Below are positions 50,276 to 59,654 of a DNA stretch of 64,000 nt, in pieces. This DNA comes from an uncultured Gammaproteobacteria bacterium (lineage in GTDB: Bacteria; Pseudomonadota; Gammaproteobacteria; CAYGNG01), in the NCBI GenBank assembly GCA_964351225.1, contig CAYGNG010000007.1, forward strand, positions 2,590 through 66,589, written 5' to 3'. The notes under the pieces were generated by a model. The model saw only the letters and a program-made list of their open reading frames with translations, made no database searches and was not told the DNA's origin. Every line of letters begins with the position of its first letter. Position 1 is the first letter of the stretch. The translations under genes and the position numbers were made by a program.

Positions 50276-51439
50276 CTAATTGACGACATTAAAAACTTTT
50301 TTAAGGTATGCTAAGTAAGAAACATCGCGACACATGGTTTTTTCGGGCGAATCCGACAGCTTGGCTACTGGTTGACCATTGCACGCGACCATTTTAATGA
50401 CGATTTGTAAGGGGGTCACACCCAAATCATTGGTCAAATTAGTTCCTATTCCAAACACGGGGCGCGCGCGATCCTTAAAATACGCATAGAGTTTTAAAGC
50501 CAGCGGAAAATCCAATGAATCGCTAAAAGCTAATATCTTGGTTTTAGGATCGATACGCATTTTCTCATAATGAGCAATTAGCCTATCACCCCAAACAAAA
50601 GGATCCCCAGAATCATGCCGAGCACCATCGAATAACTTACAAAAATACAAGTCAAAATCATTTAAAAAAGCATCCAAGCCTATCACGTCCGACAAAGCGA
50701 TCCCCAACTCGCCGCGATACTCCTGCGCCCATTTTTCAAATGCAAATTTTTGACTCAACGCTAATCGAGGCCCCAGCACTTGGCATGCCTCAAGATATTC
50801 ATGTGCCATTGTTCCAATAGCACGTAACCCCAATTTTTTTGCCAACAGAATGTTACTGGTTCCTGATAGATTTTGCGCTAATTCTTTTTGCAAAACCGTC
50901 AACATATGCTCTTGCCACGCTTGTGAGTAACGCCTTCTTGTCCCAAAGTCAGAGAAGGTAAACCCTTCACGCAAAGCAGAATCTTTAACGAAGTGAATTT
51001 TATCGTATAATAACTCATCCCCCTGCTGCTTAAGCAACTTTGCATCAAACTGCTGATGATAGATCTCACAGACTAATGCCAATACCGGAACCTCAAAAAG
51101 AATGGTGTGTAGCCACGGACCTTTAATCACAACATCAAATTCTGGTGCGGTGCTGACTGTAATAAAATCTCGATTAAAACGAAATAAGCGCAAAAACTCA
51201 ATAAAATCACTCTTGAAAAAAGAGTACTGCTGCAGGTAAAGCAATTCCTCACGCTTAAATGACAAAGTACATAACTCATCAATTGCGTGATTAATTTCTT
51301 TTACAAATGGCAGCAAATTGATATCTTTCGAACGACATTTAAAACGATATTCCGCCATAGCCGAAGGAAACTGATGCAATACCGTTTGCATCATCGTAAG
51401 CTTATACAAATCTGTATCTAATAATGATTTAATAATCAT
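50276..51439 (-). CDS. pncB: Nicotinate phosphoribosyltransferase
   Basis: LLDTDLYKLTMMQ, FGTRRR and KLSDSPEKT motifs are present. Confidence 0.9.
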   Translation of the reverse strand: MIIKSLLDTDLYKLTMMQTVLHQFPSAMAEYRFKCRSKDINLLPFVKEINHAIDELCTLSFKREELLYLQQYSFFKSDFIEFLRLFRFNRDFITVSTAPEFDVVIKGPWLHTILFEVPVLALVCEIYHQQFDAKLLKQQGDELLYDKIHFVKDSALREGFTFSDFGTRRRYSQAWQEHMLTVLQKELAQNLSGTSNILLAKKLGLRAIGTMAHEYLEACQVLGPRLALSQKFAFEKWAQEYRGELGIALSDVIGLDAFLNDFDLYFCKLFDGARHDSGDPFVWGDRLIAHYEKMRIDPKTKILAFSDSLDFPLALKLYAYFKDRARPVFGIGTNLTNDLGVTPLQIVIKMVACNGQPVAKLSDSPEKTMCRDVSYLAYLKKVFNVVN

Positions 51440-51445
51440 TTTGCA

Positions 51446-52087
51446 CTATCCTTTCAGATCATGAGCACTCGCTATGAATAAGGCCCCTTGGCTCTTCATT
51501 AAGCGAATGGCTTCCTCGGTTGATGCCGTGGCAACCCCTCGGGTTGCAGCCAAATTAACAATCACCTGAAACTGTGCATTGAGTAACTGCAGCACGGTCA
51601 TTTTAACGCAATAATCCGTAGCCAACCCCCCAACAATCACCCACGTCACTTCTCTGGCATGCAGAAACTCTATCACGCCCGTGCTCATTCGCTCAGCAAA
51701 ATCATGAAAACAAGCACCATAGGGGTGCATATCTGGTTCAACGCCCTTCCATACAAAGAAATCGTATGCCGTGACTGGTGGTAACCCCGCAAGTAATTCA
51801 AAGCCTTTGGTTCCGGTCATGGCATGACTCGGCCAATAAACATCGACATTTGCTCCGGCGATCGGACTAAAAACCGGATGGGCGCTATCGCTTTGCCAAA
51901 TAGCATGCGGGCAATGTGCATCTTTAGAACCCACCCGATATTGCGCAAAATGCGCTTGCGCATTTAACTCATCAACAATCCGATGCCCTTCTGCTACCGG
52001 CAATTCATCCGGGCAAATTGGGGTGAAGGTATTCTGCGCATCGACATCGAAACTGGCCACGGTGGCCTTGTCGAGGATGTGTTTCAT
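51446..52087 (-). CDS. pncA: Nicotinamidase (isochorismatase family)
   Basis: An isochorismatase-like fold is present, with Asp, Lys and Cys (ATDYCV) residues. It lies next to pncB. Confidence 0.75.
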   Translation of the reverse strand: MKHILDKATVASFDVDAQNTFTPICPDELPVAEGHRIVDELNAQAHFAQYRVGSKDAHCPHAIWQSDSAHPVFSPIAGANVDVYWPSHAMTGTKGFELLAGLPPVTAYDFFVWKGVEPDMHPYGACFHDFAERMSTGVIEFLHAREVTWVIVGGLATDYCVKMTVLQLLNAQFQVIVNLAATRGVATASTEEAIRLMKSQGALFIASAHDLKG

Positions 52088-52141
52088 TTTATTACCCGCT
52101 GTTCCTTGGCTTTTACCGCCAACGACAAAACCCGCTGCTTT

Positions 52142-52852
52142 TCAAATTTCAATACCCAGACGCTGAGCAACCATTTTATAATGCGCAATGACATCGCCTA
52201 AATCCCGCCGAAATCTATCTTTATCGTAAATAACAAACGTTTCCTGATCCCAAAGTCGACAACCGTCGGGGGTAAACTCATCTCCTAGATACAACTCCCC
52301 GTGGTAGCGCCCAAATTCCAATTTAAAATCAACCAATAAAATGCCAGATTGCTGAAAAAGCGGCAGCAATAATCCATTAATCTGCAAAGTTAATTCACGC
52401 ATTTGCTTGATTTCATTATCTGCAGCTAACTGCAACAAAAGAATCTGCTCTTCAGAAAGAAGCGGATCCCCTCTTGCATCGCTTTTATAGAAAAACTCTA
52501 TCATTGGTGGATCAAATTTAGCCCCTTCCTGAAAAGGCAAACGTCGACACAGCCCACCTGCGGCACGATTGCGTACCACACACTCAACCGGGATCATCTG
52601 CAAACGCCGAACCAAACAAGTCGTCGCATCCAGTTTTCTGATAAAGTGCGTTTTAATCCCTGCGCTGGCCAACCAATGCATAATATAAGCATTGAATGCA
52701 TTATTGGTTCGACCTTTTTCAGCCAAAATAGCATGCTTTTCCGCATTAAAGGCGGTAGCGTCATCACGAAATTCTAAAACACATAAATTAGGATCATCGG
52801 TCGCATAAACTGTTTTTGCTTTGCCTCGATAAAGCGCTTGTCGCTTTTGCAT
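52142..52852 (-). CDS. purC: SAICAR synthetase
   Basis: YRGKAKTVY at the N-terminus and the conserved PurC core are present. Confidence 0.9.
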   Translation of the reverse strand: MQKRQALYRGKAKTVYATDDPNLCVLEFRDDATAFNAEKHAILAEKGRTNNAFNAYIMHWLASAGIKTHFIRKLDATTCLVRRLQMIPVECVVRNRAAGGLCRRLPFQEGAKFDPPMIEFFYKSDARGDPLLSEEQILLLQLAADNEIKQMRELTLQINGLLLPLFQQSGILLVDFKLEFGRYHGELYLGDEFTPDGCRLWDQETFVIYDKDRFRRDLGDVIAHYKMVAQRLGIEI

Positions 52853-52859
52853 ATTCCAC

Positions 52860-53510
52860 TCACCCTACATGGCCAGCGCGCAAGCCGTGCCAATTATCGA
52901 CTGTTGTAATCTCTTGTTGCATCCCCCGGCGGATATCTCTAAAAATTTTTGTCTTTTCATTTTTAACTAATTTTTTCCCTCTTAGCGTGCGTAAAATCAC
53001 TTTGGTTTTCGTATCGGTTATCGGATCCAAATGAATCAAAAGGACCTTTGTTCTATCGGAGACTGGTTTGAAATCACGCGTATCTAATACGACAAATTCA
53101 TGTTTTGATCGGTCACGATGAGAGATGCTAAATCCGGAATTATACAAACCGCTGGCAAGAGAAGGATAGACGACCTCTACCGGGTAATAGACAAACATCT
53201 GTGTCTTATCTTCACTGGTCCGGATAATTCGAGTTTTACGGCGTTCTATTTTTACTGCCCCGGCAACATCGGATGGGTCAAAGGTTAAATGACTGACTAA
53301 ACTTCCTGGGGGCAACATCGATAGTTTTCCTAAACTTTCGATATCATTTAAATTTGGAATGGTATAGCTGTCGTCTAAGTTACGTCCAGGACTTTGCAAC
53401 TCTTCCGCATCGTATGATTGGCGATAATCACCATCTGAGGTTACGGCACAACCACTTAGGACGAAAAAAAACAATGACAACGCGATCGCTATTGGATTTT
53501 TCATTTGCAT
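52860..53510 (-). CDS. Lipoprotein, positional BamC/NlpB equivalent
   Basis: The lipobox reads FFVLSGCAV. It sits between dapA and purC, as bamC does in E. coli, but is shorter at 216 aa. Confidence 0.45.
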   Translation of the reverse strand: MQMKNPIAIALSLFFFVLSGCAVTSDGDYRQSYDAEELQSPGRNLDDSYTIPNLNDIESLGKLSMLPPGSLVSHLTFDPSDVAGAVKIERRKTRIIRTSEDKTQMFVYYPVEVVYPSLASGLYNSGFSISHRDRSKHEFVVLDTRDFKPVSDRTKVLLIHLDPITDTKTKVILRTLRGKKLVKNEKTKIFRDIRRGMQQEITTVDNWHGLRAGHVG

Positions 53511-53515
53511 TCTCC

Positions 53516-54391
53516 TTATAAAATTTCAGCAGCTTGCAATGCCTGCCTAACCGTCTCATGATGGATAATCGATAATGGCGTTAATGGTAATCGAATCCCT
53601 GGCGAGATCATACCCATTTCGTAGAGCGCCCATTTGACGGGGATTGGATTCGATTCTAAAAATAAACTGACATGCAGTGGATTTAACTTTTCATTAATTG
53701 CCCTCGCCAGATAGAGCTCATCCTTTAAAATGTTGGCACACAGTTCATGCATGGCTTTAGGGGCAACGTTCGCTGTCACCGAAATCACCCCTTTACCACC
53801 TTCTCGCATAATCTCAATGGTCGCGGCATCCTCACCGCTATAGATATCCAGACGCTCACCACAGAGCGCCATAATATCTTTGGTGCGCTTCGAATCGCCG
53901 GTCGCTTCTTTTACGCCAATAATATTGGGGATATCGGACAGTCGCGCTATCGTCGTTGGCAAAATATCACATGCCGTGCGACCAGGAACATTATAAATAA
54001 TTTGTGGAATAGCAACGGCTTCTGCAATTGCTCGATAATGGCGGTAAAGACCTTCTTGAGTGGGTTTAACATACGCTGGGGTAAGAATTAAGCACGCTTG
54101 AACCCCAAGGTCCATGGCTTCTCGGGTTAATTCAATCGCGTCATGGGTGGCCACCGCACCGGTTCCAGCAATGACCGGCATTCTATCCCTAATTTTATCA
54201 ACAATAAATTGAATAACGGCCTTATGCTCTTTCCGGGTGAGCATTCCGGATTCGCCGGTGGTTCCCACCGCAACGATAGCGTCCGTTTCATTTGCAACAT
54301 GAAATTCCAGCAACTGCTCCAGCGCTTCAAAATCAATTTCACCCACCTCATTCATTGGGGTGATCAATGCCACCATACTGCCATCAAACAC
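53516..54391 (-). CDS. dapA: 4-hydroxy-tetrahydrodipicolinate synthase
   Basis: The sequence reads FDGSMVALITPM...GTTGESGMLT. The likely GTG start at 54391 has a GGAGAG RBS and gives 291 aa. The 378-aa ATG extension is spurious. Confidence 0.85.
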   Translation of the reverse strand: MFDGSMVALITPMNEVGEIDFEALEQLLEFHVANETDAIVAVGTTGESGMLTRKEHKAVIQFIVDKIRDRMPVIAGTGAVATHDAIELTREAMDLGVQACLILTPAYVKPTQEGLYRHYRAIAEAVAIPQIIYNVPGRTACDILPTTIARLSDIPNIIGVKEATGDSKRTKDIMALCGERLDIYSGEDAATIEIMREGGKGVISVTANVAPKAMHELCANILKDELYLARAINEKLNPLHVSLFLESNPIPVKWALYEMGMISPGIRLPLTPLSIIHHETVRQALQAAEIL

Positions 54392-54536
54392 AATACTCTC
54401 CAGAAGTGTCAAAACAAGCCGTATATTGTAGCAAAACCTTACTGATCCCACTATCGGCAAATTGCTTTCCATACTTTGCACAACGCAAAAAATCCCGCTA
54501 CACTTAATATATAATCTGCTTCGCCGGCGATGACTT

Positions 54537-55088
54537 ATGACTAAACAGAAAAAAATTGGCTCTTCATACCTCATTGTCTCCACACTGGGCGAAAACAACC
54601 CAAATGCGCTGCTGCTCATCACCGAACAAATCGCCGAATCGCATTGCTCCATTGTTGAATGTAAAGCCAGCCATCTTGGAGAACACTTGGCGGGTTATTT
54701 TCTGCTAAAAGGCAAGTGGAACCAAATTGCCAAAGCGGAATCTATTTTAACTCACTACGCGAAAACAAATGCTCCGCTTGATATCAAACTGTCGCGTACC
54801 AGTTTTGAAAAAATAAATAATCAGGTCATGCGCTATATCGTCTACGCCATCGCGCTGGATGAACCCAGCCTAGTCAACCAAATCACTGAATTTTTCACCA
54901 ATCAAAACGTTACCATCCACGAATTAAATACCCACACCTACAAAGCGCGGATCACCGAAATTCCGATGTTCAGCCTCACGATGCAAATTTCAGTAGCCAC
55001 TGATTTCCATATTGCGGATCTGCGCGATGCGTTTTTAACCTTCGCGGATTCCTTGAATATTGATGCTATCATGGAGCCTGATAAATAA
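54537..55088 (+). CDS. gcvR: GcvR-like ACT-domain regulator
   Basis: Two ACT-like halves are present. The gene is divergent from dapA, as gcvR is in E. coli. Confidence 0.6.
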   Translation: MTKQKKIGSSYLIVSTLGENNPNALLLITEQIAESHCSIVECKASHLGEHLAGYFLLKGKWNQIAKAESILTHYAKTNAPLDIKLSRTSFEKINNQVMRYIVYAIALDEPSLVNQITEFFTNQNVTIHELNTHTYKARITEIPMFSLTMQISVATDFHIADLRDAFLTFADSLNIDAIMEPDK

Positions 55089-55091
55089 TTG

Positions 55092-55129
55092 GTAACTATT
55101 CAGCAAAAAAGCGAATGAGTTACTTTATT
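55092..55129 (+). terminator. Hairpin plus T-tract after gcvR, which is also one copy of a repeated hairpin module
   Basis: The stem is gtaactattc / gaatgagttac with an A-rich loop, followed by tttattttatactttt. It shares a 16-nt identical core with the hairpin at 25707-25738. Confidence 0.4.
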
Positions 55130-56842
55130 TTATACTTTTCTAGGGTGATGCGGGTTAAGCTTGTGCTTTTTTGCAATGCTATTTTTGGCTTGAGCCGGAT
55201 AATTTATTTTTTCAACTTTGAGTATTTGACCTGGATAAACGGTATCATTTTTTAAGTGATTAATTTGGGCAATAAAGCGAGGCGTCATATGATAACGCTT
55301 TGCCAGCTTAATCAACGTATCGCCTTGGCGCACATGAATGCGTTGCAATGTCGGAAGTGGCGAATAAACTTTTGGTTGATAGATGTTGGGATTTTGCCAT
55401 ATAACTATTTTTTTCCCGCGGGATAGATTTTGACGATTGCCAAGCCCATTCCATTTGCGAATTTCACTCGGTGATACGTCATAGCGCCTGGCGATGGAAT
55501 TAATGGTTTCACCATGATGAACATCATGAACGATGCGCCGCGTTTTTAGAAAGTGTTTGGTTTTGGTAATAAAATTGCTGGGAATTTGATATAGACTTCG
55601 AAATGCCAAACTTTTAGGGAGCATTCGTGTTGTAATTGGAATTATTAAATGACGGCCAATTTGCAGTGCGGCACTGGTAAGTTTATTGAGTCGCTTGATG
55701 ACATTTTCTGAGCTTCCATAATGTGCGGCTACTGTGTGTAGGGTATCGCCATTTTTAACGATATGGTGTTGCCATTTAACAAGATCCAGCTTAGGAATTT
55801 TTGCCAGTTTCTTTTCAAAAGTGGATACATTTTGGACGGGAAGCAATAATCGATGCGGGCCATCGGGATCCGTTGCCCAACGATTAAACCCTGGATTTAG
55901 TATAAAGAGCTCATCAAAAGTGATTTCAGCAAGGCTCGCCGCTTGTTCTAAACCTATCTGTGAATCCAGTTGAACTTCTTTAAAATAAGGTTTGTTTTTT
56001 AGCGTGGGCAGTAAGACGGAATAATTCTCGTAATTTTTAATCAAGGCTGCAACGGCTAACAGCCTGGGAACGTAGGTTTTGGTTTCTCTCGATAAGTGCA
56101 ATGACCAAAAATCCGTGCTTTCCCCATTACCGGCATTACGTCGCACCGCGTTGAGGATTGTGCCCTCTCCGGAGTCGTAGGCAGCGATGGCAAGCAACCA
56201 ATCACCTTGGAAAAATTTATGAAGATACGCTAAATAATTCAGTGCGGCTTTCGTTGAGGTGTAAATGTCTCGACGACCATCATACCACCAATTTAACTTC
56301 AGTCCGAAATTGGCTGCAGTCATTGGCATCATTTGCCACAGTCCCGCTGCGCCTTTATTGGAATACACAAATGGATTATACGCTGACTCGATCATAGGCA
56401 GAAGCGCAAGCTCGCCAGGCAAATTACGTTTTTTTAATTCTTCTCGAATGTAGTACATGTACGGTGCAGCGCGTTTGCAGATCCGATTAAAATAAGCTGG
56501 GTGGTTCAAGTACCAATTGATTTGGGTCTGAACTGCCGGAGTACTCACAAAATCGGGGAGCTGAAATTCTTCACGCAAGGCATCCCATGATTCGACATTA
56601 GCGGAAGCAGCTTGGTATTTCCATGAACTGCGAAATGTGGATTGATCAGTTTCTGTTACTGGCTGACGTTGAGGTGTGTCGGATTGGATCTGCTCGGTAC
56701 GACATCCATACAGTAAAGCAAACACAAATAGGGGAATTAAATATTTTGATTTATTGGATTGCCACGACATCCGGCCGATGGTAAATAGGTAAGGCACTAA
56801 TAGCAAGAAACATTTTAAAGTTGCCATCAAAACTATCTTCAC
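55130..56842 (-). CDS. mltD: Membrane-bound lytic murein transglycosylase D
   Basis: A lipoprotein signal and an SLT domain (GAAGLWQMMP) are followed by C-terminal LysM repeats (GDTLHTVAAHYG, GETINSIARRYD, GDTLIKLAKRYH). Confidence 0.85.
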   Translation of the reverse strand: MKIVLMATLKCFLLLVPYLFTIGRMSWQSNKSKYLIPLFVFALLYGCRTEQIQSDTPQRQPVTETDQSTFRSSWKYQAASANVESWDALREEFQLPDFVSTPAVQTQINWYLNHPAYFNRICKRAAPYMYYIREELKKRNLPGELALLPMIESAYNPFVYSNKGAAGLWQMMPMTAANFGLKLNWWYDGRRDIYTSTKAALNYLAYLHKFFQGDWLLAIAAYDSGEGTILNAVRRNAGNGESTDFWSLHLSRETKTYVPRLLAVAALIKNYENYSVLLPTLKNKPYFKEVQLDSQIGLEQAASLAEITFDELFILNPGFNRWATDPDGPHRLLLPVQNVSTFEKKLAKIPKLDLVKWQHHIVKNGDTLHTVAAHYGSSENVIKRLNKLTSAALQIGRHLIIPITTRMLPKSLAFRSLYQIPSNFITKTKHFLKTRRIVHDVHHGETINSIARRYDVSPSEIRKWNGLGNRQNLSRGKKIVIWQNPNIYQPKVYSPLPTLQRIHVRQGDTLIKLAKRYHMTPRFIAQINHLKNDTVYPGQILKVEKINYPAQAKNSIAKKHKLNPHHPRKV

Positions 56843-56874
56843 TTGAAAACATTGCGACCAAAAAATTAAATGCG

Positions 56875-57639
56875 CTAGAAATCATCTCGCCATTTTCGGA
56901 GATTTGAAAAAATTATAACAGGATCTTCTTGAAAAACAGCAGAATTATTCTGCACATTGCGAATGATTTCTGGAACACGACAACGTAAAAACGGATTGGT
57001 GTTTTTTTCTAATGCAATTGAGCTCGGAAGGGTAATGGCATTTGCTGAATGCATCATTTCCACCTGTTTATAGCGTGAGCGTAACAGTGGGTTGCTGGGC
57101 TCGACAATACGGGCGAAGGTCAAATTTTCAAAGGTGTATTCATGCGCACAAAAGACCAAAGTTTGTTCTGGCAGTGCGGCAAGTTTTTGCAGTGAATTAA
57201 AAAGTTGCAAAGCCGTTCCTTCAAATAAGCGACCACAGCCACCAGCAAACAATGTATCACCACAAAATAACCAATCATCGTTGTAGAAAGCGATATGACC
57301 TAAGGTATGTCCTGGGATATCGAGTACCGTTAAGCCCAGCATTGAATCGAGCAGATGAAGTGTGTCTCCTTCTCGCAAAGGGGTATTCACGATATCTTTA
57401 GCTTCCCGTGTTGGGCCATAAACCGGAACAGGAAAATTTTGACATAACCTATCGATGCCACCAACGTGATCGCGATGATGGTGAGTGCATAAAATAGCTT
57501 CAAGGTTAAGTTGATTTTGTTCTATGTAGTTAAGGACGGGGCTCGCATCGCCTGGATCAACCACAACGCAGCCGCGATGGTTATGTATAGCCCATATATA
57601 GTTATCGCTAAAGGCAGGGATTGGGCTTATCATTAACAT
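56875..57639 (-). CDS. gloB: Hydroxyacylglutathione hydrolase (glyoxalase II)
   Basis: The metallo-beta-lactamase motif THHHRDH is present. The length is typical for GloB. Confidence 0.85.
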   Translation of the reverse strand: MLMISPIPAFSDNYIWAIHNHRGCVVVDPGDASPVLNYIEQNQLNLEAILCTHHHRDHVGGIDRLCQNFPVPVYGPTREAKDIVNTPLREGDTLHLLDSMLGLTVLDIPGHTLGHIAFYNDDWLFCGDTLFAGGCGRLFEGTALQLFNSLQKLAALPEQTLVFCAHEYTFENLTFARIVEPSNPLLRSRYKQVEMMHSANAITLPSSIALEKNTNPFLRCRVPEIIRNVQNNSAVFQEDPVIIFSNLRKWRDDF

Positions 57640-57680
57640 TCGTTACAATCCTGATTGCGTTATCAAATCAAAGTGAAAAA

Positions 57681-58448
57681 ATGACCGCCAGTCGACTCCA
57701 AGAGTATAACAAAGAATTAGCCAAGTGGTATGAATTATCACTTGGAAAAGATCTCCTTAAAGATGAGGCTATCCTCTGCCGTGAATTTTTATCGCATCTA
57801 TTCGGATATCATTTAGTGCAGCTGGGGCTTCCACATATTGAAAAATGGACTGAGTGCAGCGCCATCAAGAATAGAATATGTCTGCAGGCGTTGCTGTCAT
57901 CGGATTCACCGTCACCATTTAAAATGGTTATAACCGATTTTGCTGAATTGCCCCTACGACCAGACAGCGTGGATTTAATTTTTTTGCCGCATTGTTTGGA
58001 AGCCTGCACCGAAAGAGAATATTTTCTGAAACAAATAGTCGATTGTTTAATAGCCGAAGGGCATCTTTTAATACTTTGTTTTAACTACCGAGGGTTGTGG
58101 TGGTTGCGTAAATTTTTATATCCTCGGCAAGCACCATGGTCGGGTAAAGCAATGCGTATGCGGAAATTACGACGAATTTTAACTGAGCTTGGTTGTGATA
58201 TTAAGTTAGTGAAAACCACATTTCATCAACCGCCAATTATGAAAGCCTCATGGCGTAAGCGCTTTAACTTTTTCGAACAGTTGAGTCGACTCTGTTTGCC
58301 AAACTCAGGCGCGGTATATGGTTTGTTGGCTAAAAAGAAAATTTCGCTCATTAAACCGGTGGGCAAAGCTTGGCAAAAAAGCACCATTCTTGTCAAAAGC
58401 AGTGTGACTGAGCCGACAACCCGAGTTAACTCGGGGAATTCTTCGTAA
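57681..58448 (+). CDS. Class I SAM-dependent methyltransferase (YafS-like)
   Basis: It occupies the yafS position between gloB and rnhA. The start is trimmed to the ATG at 57681. Confidence 0.65.
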   Translation: MTASRLQEYNKELAKWYELSLGKDLLKDEAILCREFLSHLFGYHLVQLGLPHIEKWTECSAIKNRICLQALLSSDSPSPFKMVITDFAELPLRPDSVDLIFLPHCLEACTEREYFLKQIVDCLIAEGHLLILCFNYRGLWWLRKFLYPRQAPWSGKAMRMRKLRRILTELGCDIKLVKTTFHQPPIMKASWRKRFNFFEQLSRLCLPNSGAVYGLLAKKKISLIKPVGKAWQKSTILVKSSVTEPTTRVNSGNSS

Positions 58449-58453
58449 GGCGT

Positions 58454-58888
58454 GTGATGCAAGTGGAAATATTTACCGATGGTGCTTGTCGAGGAAACCC
58501 GGGTCCTGGTGGCTGGGGCGCTTTGTTGCGGTATGGTCAGATTGAAAAAAAAATATACGGCGGTGAAGCGCAAACAACGAATAATCGGATGGAGTTGATG
58601 GCCGCTATCAAAGCACTGCAAGCGTTAACAAAACCTTCCCAGGTGGTATTGACCACTGACTCAGAATATTTACGGCGCGGCGTCATTGAATGGATGCCAG
58701 GATGGAAGGCGCGCAACTGGCGTACCAGTAGTAAAAAGCCCGTCAAAAACGTGGATCTTTGGCAATTACTGGATAGCGAAGTCAAACGACATGAGATTGA
58801 ATGGAAGTGGGTAAAAGGCCATAGTGGCCATAGAGAGAATGAGCTAGCCGATCAATTAGCAAACTTAGGAATAGACTCCTTGGGTTAA
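58454..58888 (+). CDS. rnhA: Ribonuclease HI
   Basis: The sequence reads [22 protein letters not shown]...[11 protein letters not shown]...TDSEY. Confidence 0.9.
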   Translation: MMQVEIFTDGACRGNPGPGGWGALLRYGQIEKKIYGGEAQTTNNRMELMAAIKALQALTKPSQVVLTTDSEYLRRGVIEWMPGWKARNWRTSSKKPVKNVDLWQLLDSEVKRHEIEWKWVKGHSGHRENELADQLANLGIDSLG

Positions 58889-58903
58889 CAACAGGCACTA
58901 CTT

Positions 58904-59614
58904 ATGAGACAAATAATATTAGATACAGAAACCACTGGGTTAGAACCGGCGAAAGGCCACCGAATTATAGAAATTGGATGCGTAGAATTATTTGATCGAC
59001 GATTAACCGGAGCGCATTATCATGTCTATCTGAATCCAAATCGTGACATTGATATCGGCGCACGCAATGTGCATGGGATCACAACAGAGTTTCTAAAAGA
59101 TAAACCCAGTTTTGCCAGCGTCGTCGATGATTTTTTGAGTTTTATTCGCGGTGATGAGCTTATTATTCATAATGCGCCCTTTGATGTGGGATTTATAAAT
59201 TATGAATTGCAGCTATTAAATAAAAAATATCGACCTATTTCGCAACACTGTTCAGTAATAGATACCTTACTGTTAGCAAGGAAAAAACATCCGGGTCAGC
59301 GTAACTCATTGGATGCGCTTTGTAAAAGATATCATGTCGATAACCGTAATCGACAATTGCATGGTGCGCTTCTCGATGCTAATTTATTAGCATCGGTTTA
59401 TTTAGCACTAACCGGTGGGCAAAGCACATTAGACCTGGAGCAACAAGAAACACTGGCTGCCCTGCAAAAGCGTCAAACGGTAGCGAATAGAGGAAAACAG
59501 GTGCTTGAGCAACTAAACTTACCCATCGTTAAAGCGTCGTCAGAAACAATCGCACAGCATGAGGCCTTTATCAGTAAAATGACTAACGCCCTCTGGTCAA
59601 AGAACGAAGTTTAA
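58904..59614 (+). CDS. dnaQ: DNA polymerase III epsilon subunit
   Basis: Exo motifs are present: ILDTETTG, HNAPFDVGF and H...D. Confidence 0.9.
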   Translation: MRQIILDTETTGLEPAKGHRIIEIGCVELFDRRLTGAHYHVYLNPNRDIDIGARNVHGITTEFLKDKPSFASVVDDFLSFIRGDELIIHNAPFDVGFINYELQLLNKKYRPISQHCSVIDTLLLARKKHPGQRNSLDALCKRYHVDNRNRQLHGALLDANLLASVYLALTGGQSTLDLEQQETLAALQKRQTVANRGKQVLEQLNLPIVKASSETIAQHEAFISKMTNALWSKNEV

Positions 59615-59654
59615 TATGGCCTATTGCCAATTGTTTTTTGGGCTGAAAATCTCA

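Noticed and set aside
53516-54652. 378-aa extended DapA ORF
   Set aside because: DapA homology begins at FDGSMVALITPM. The upstream 87 codons are non-homologous and Cys-rich. A GTG at 54391 with an RBS gives the expected 291 aa.
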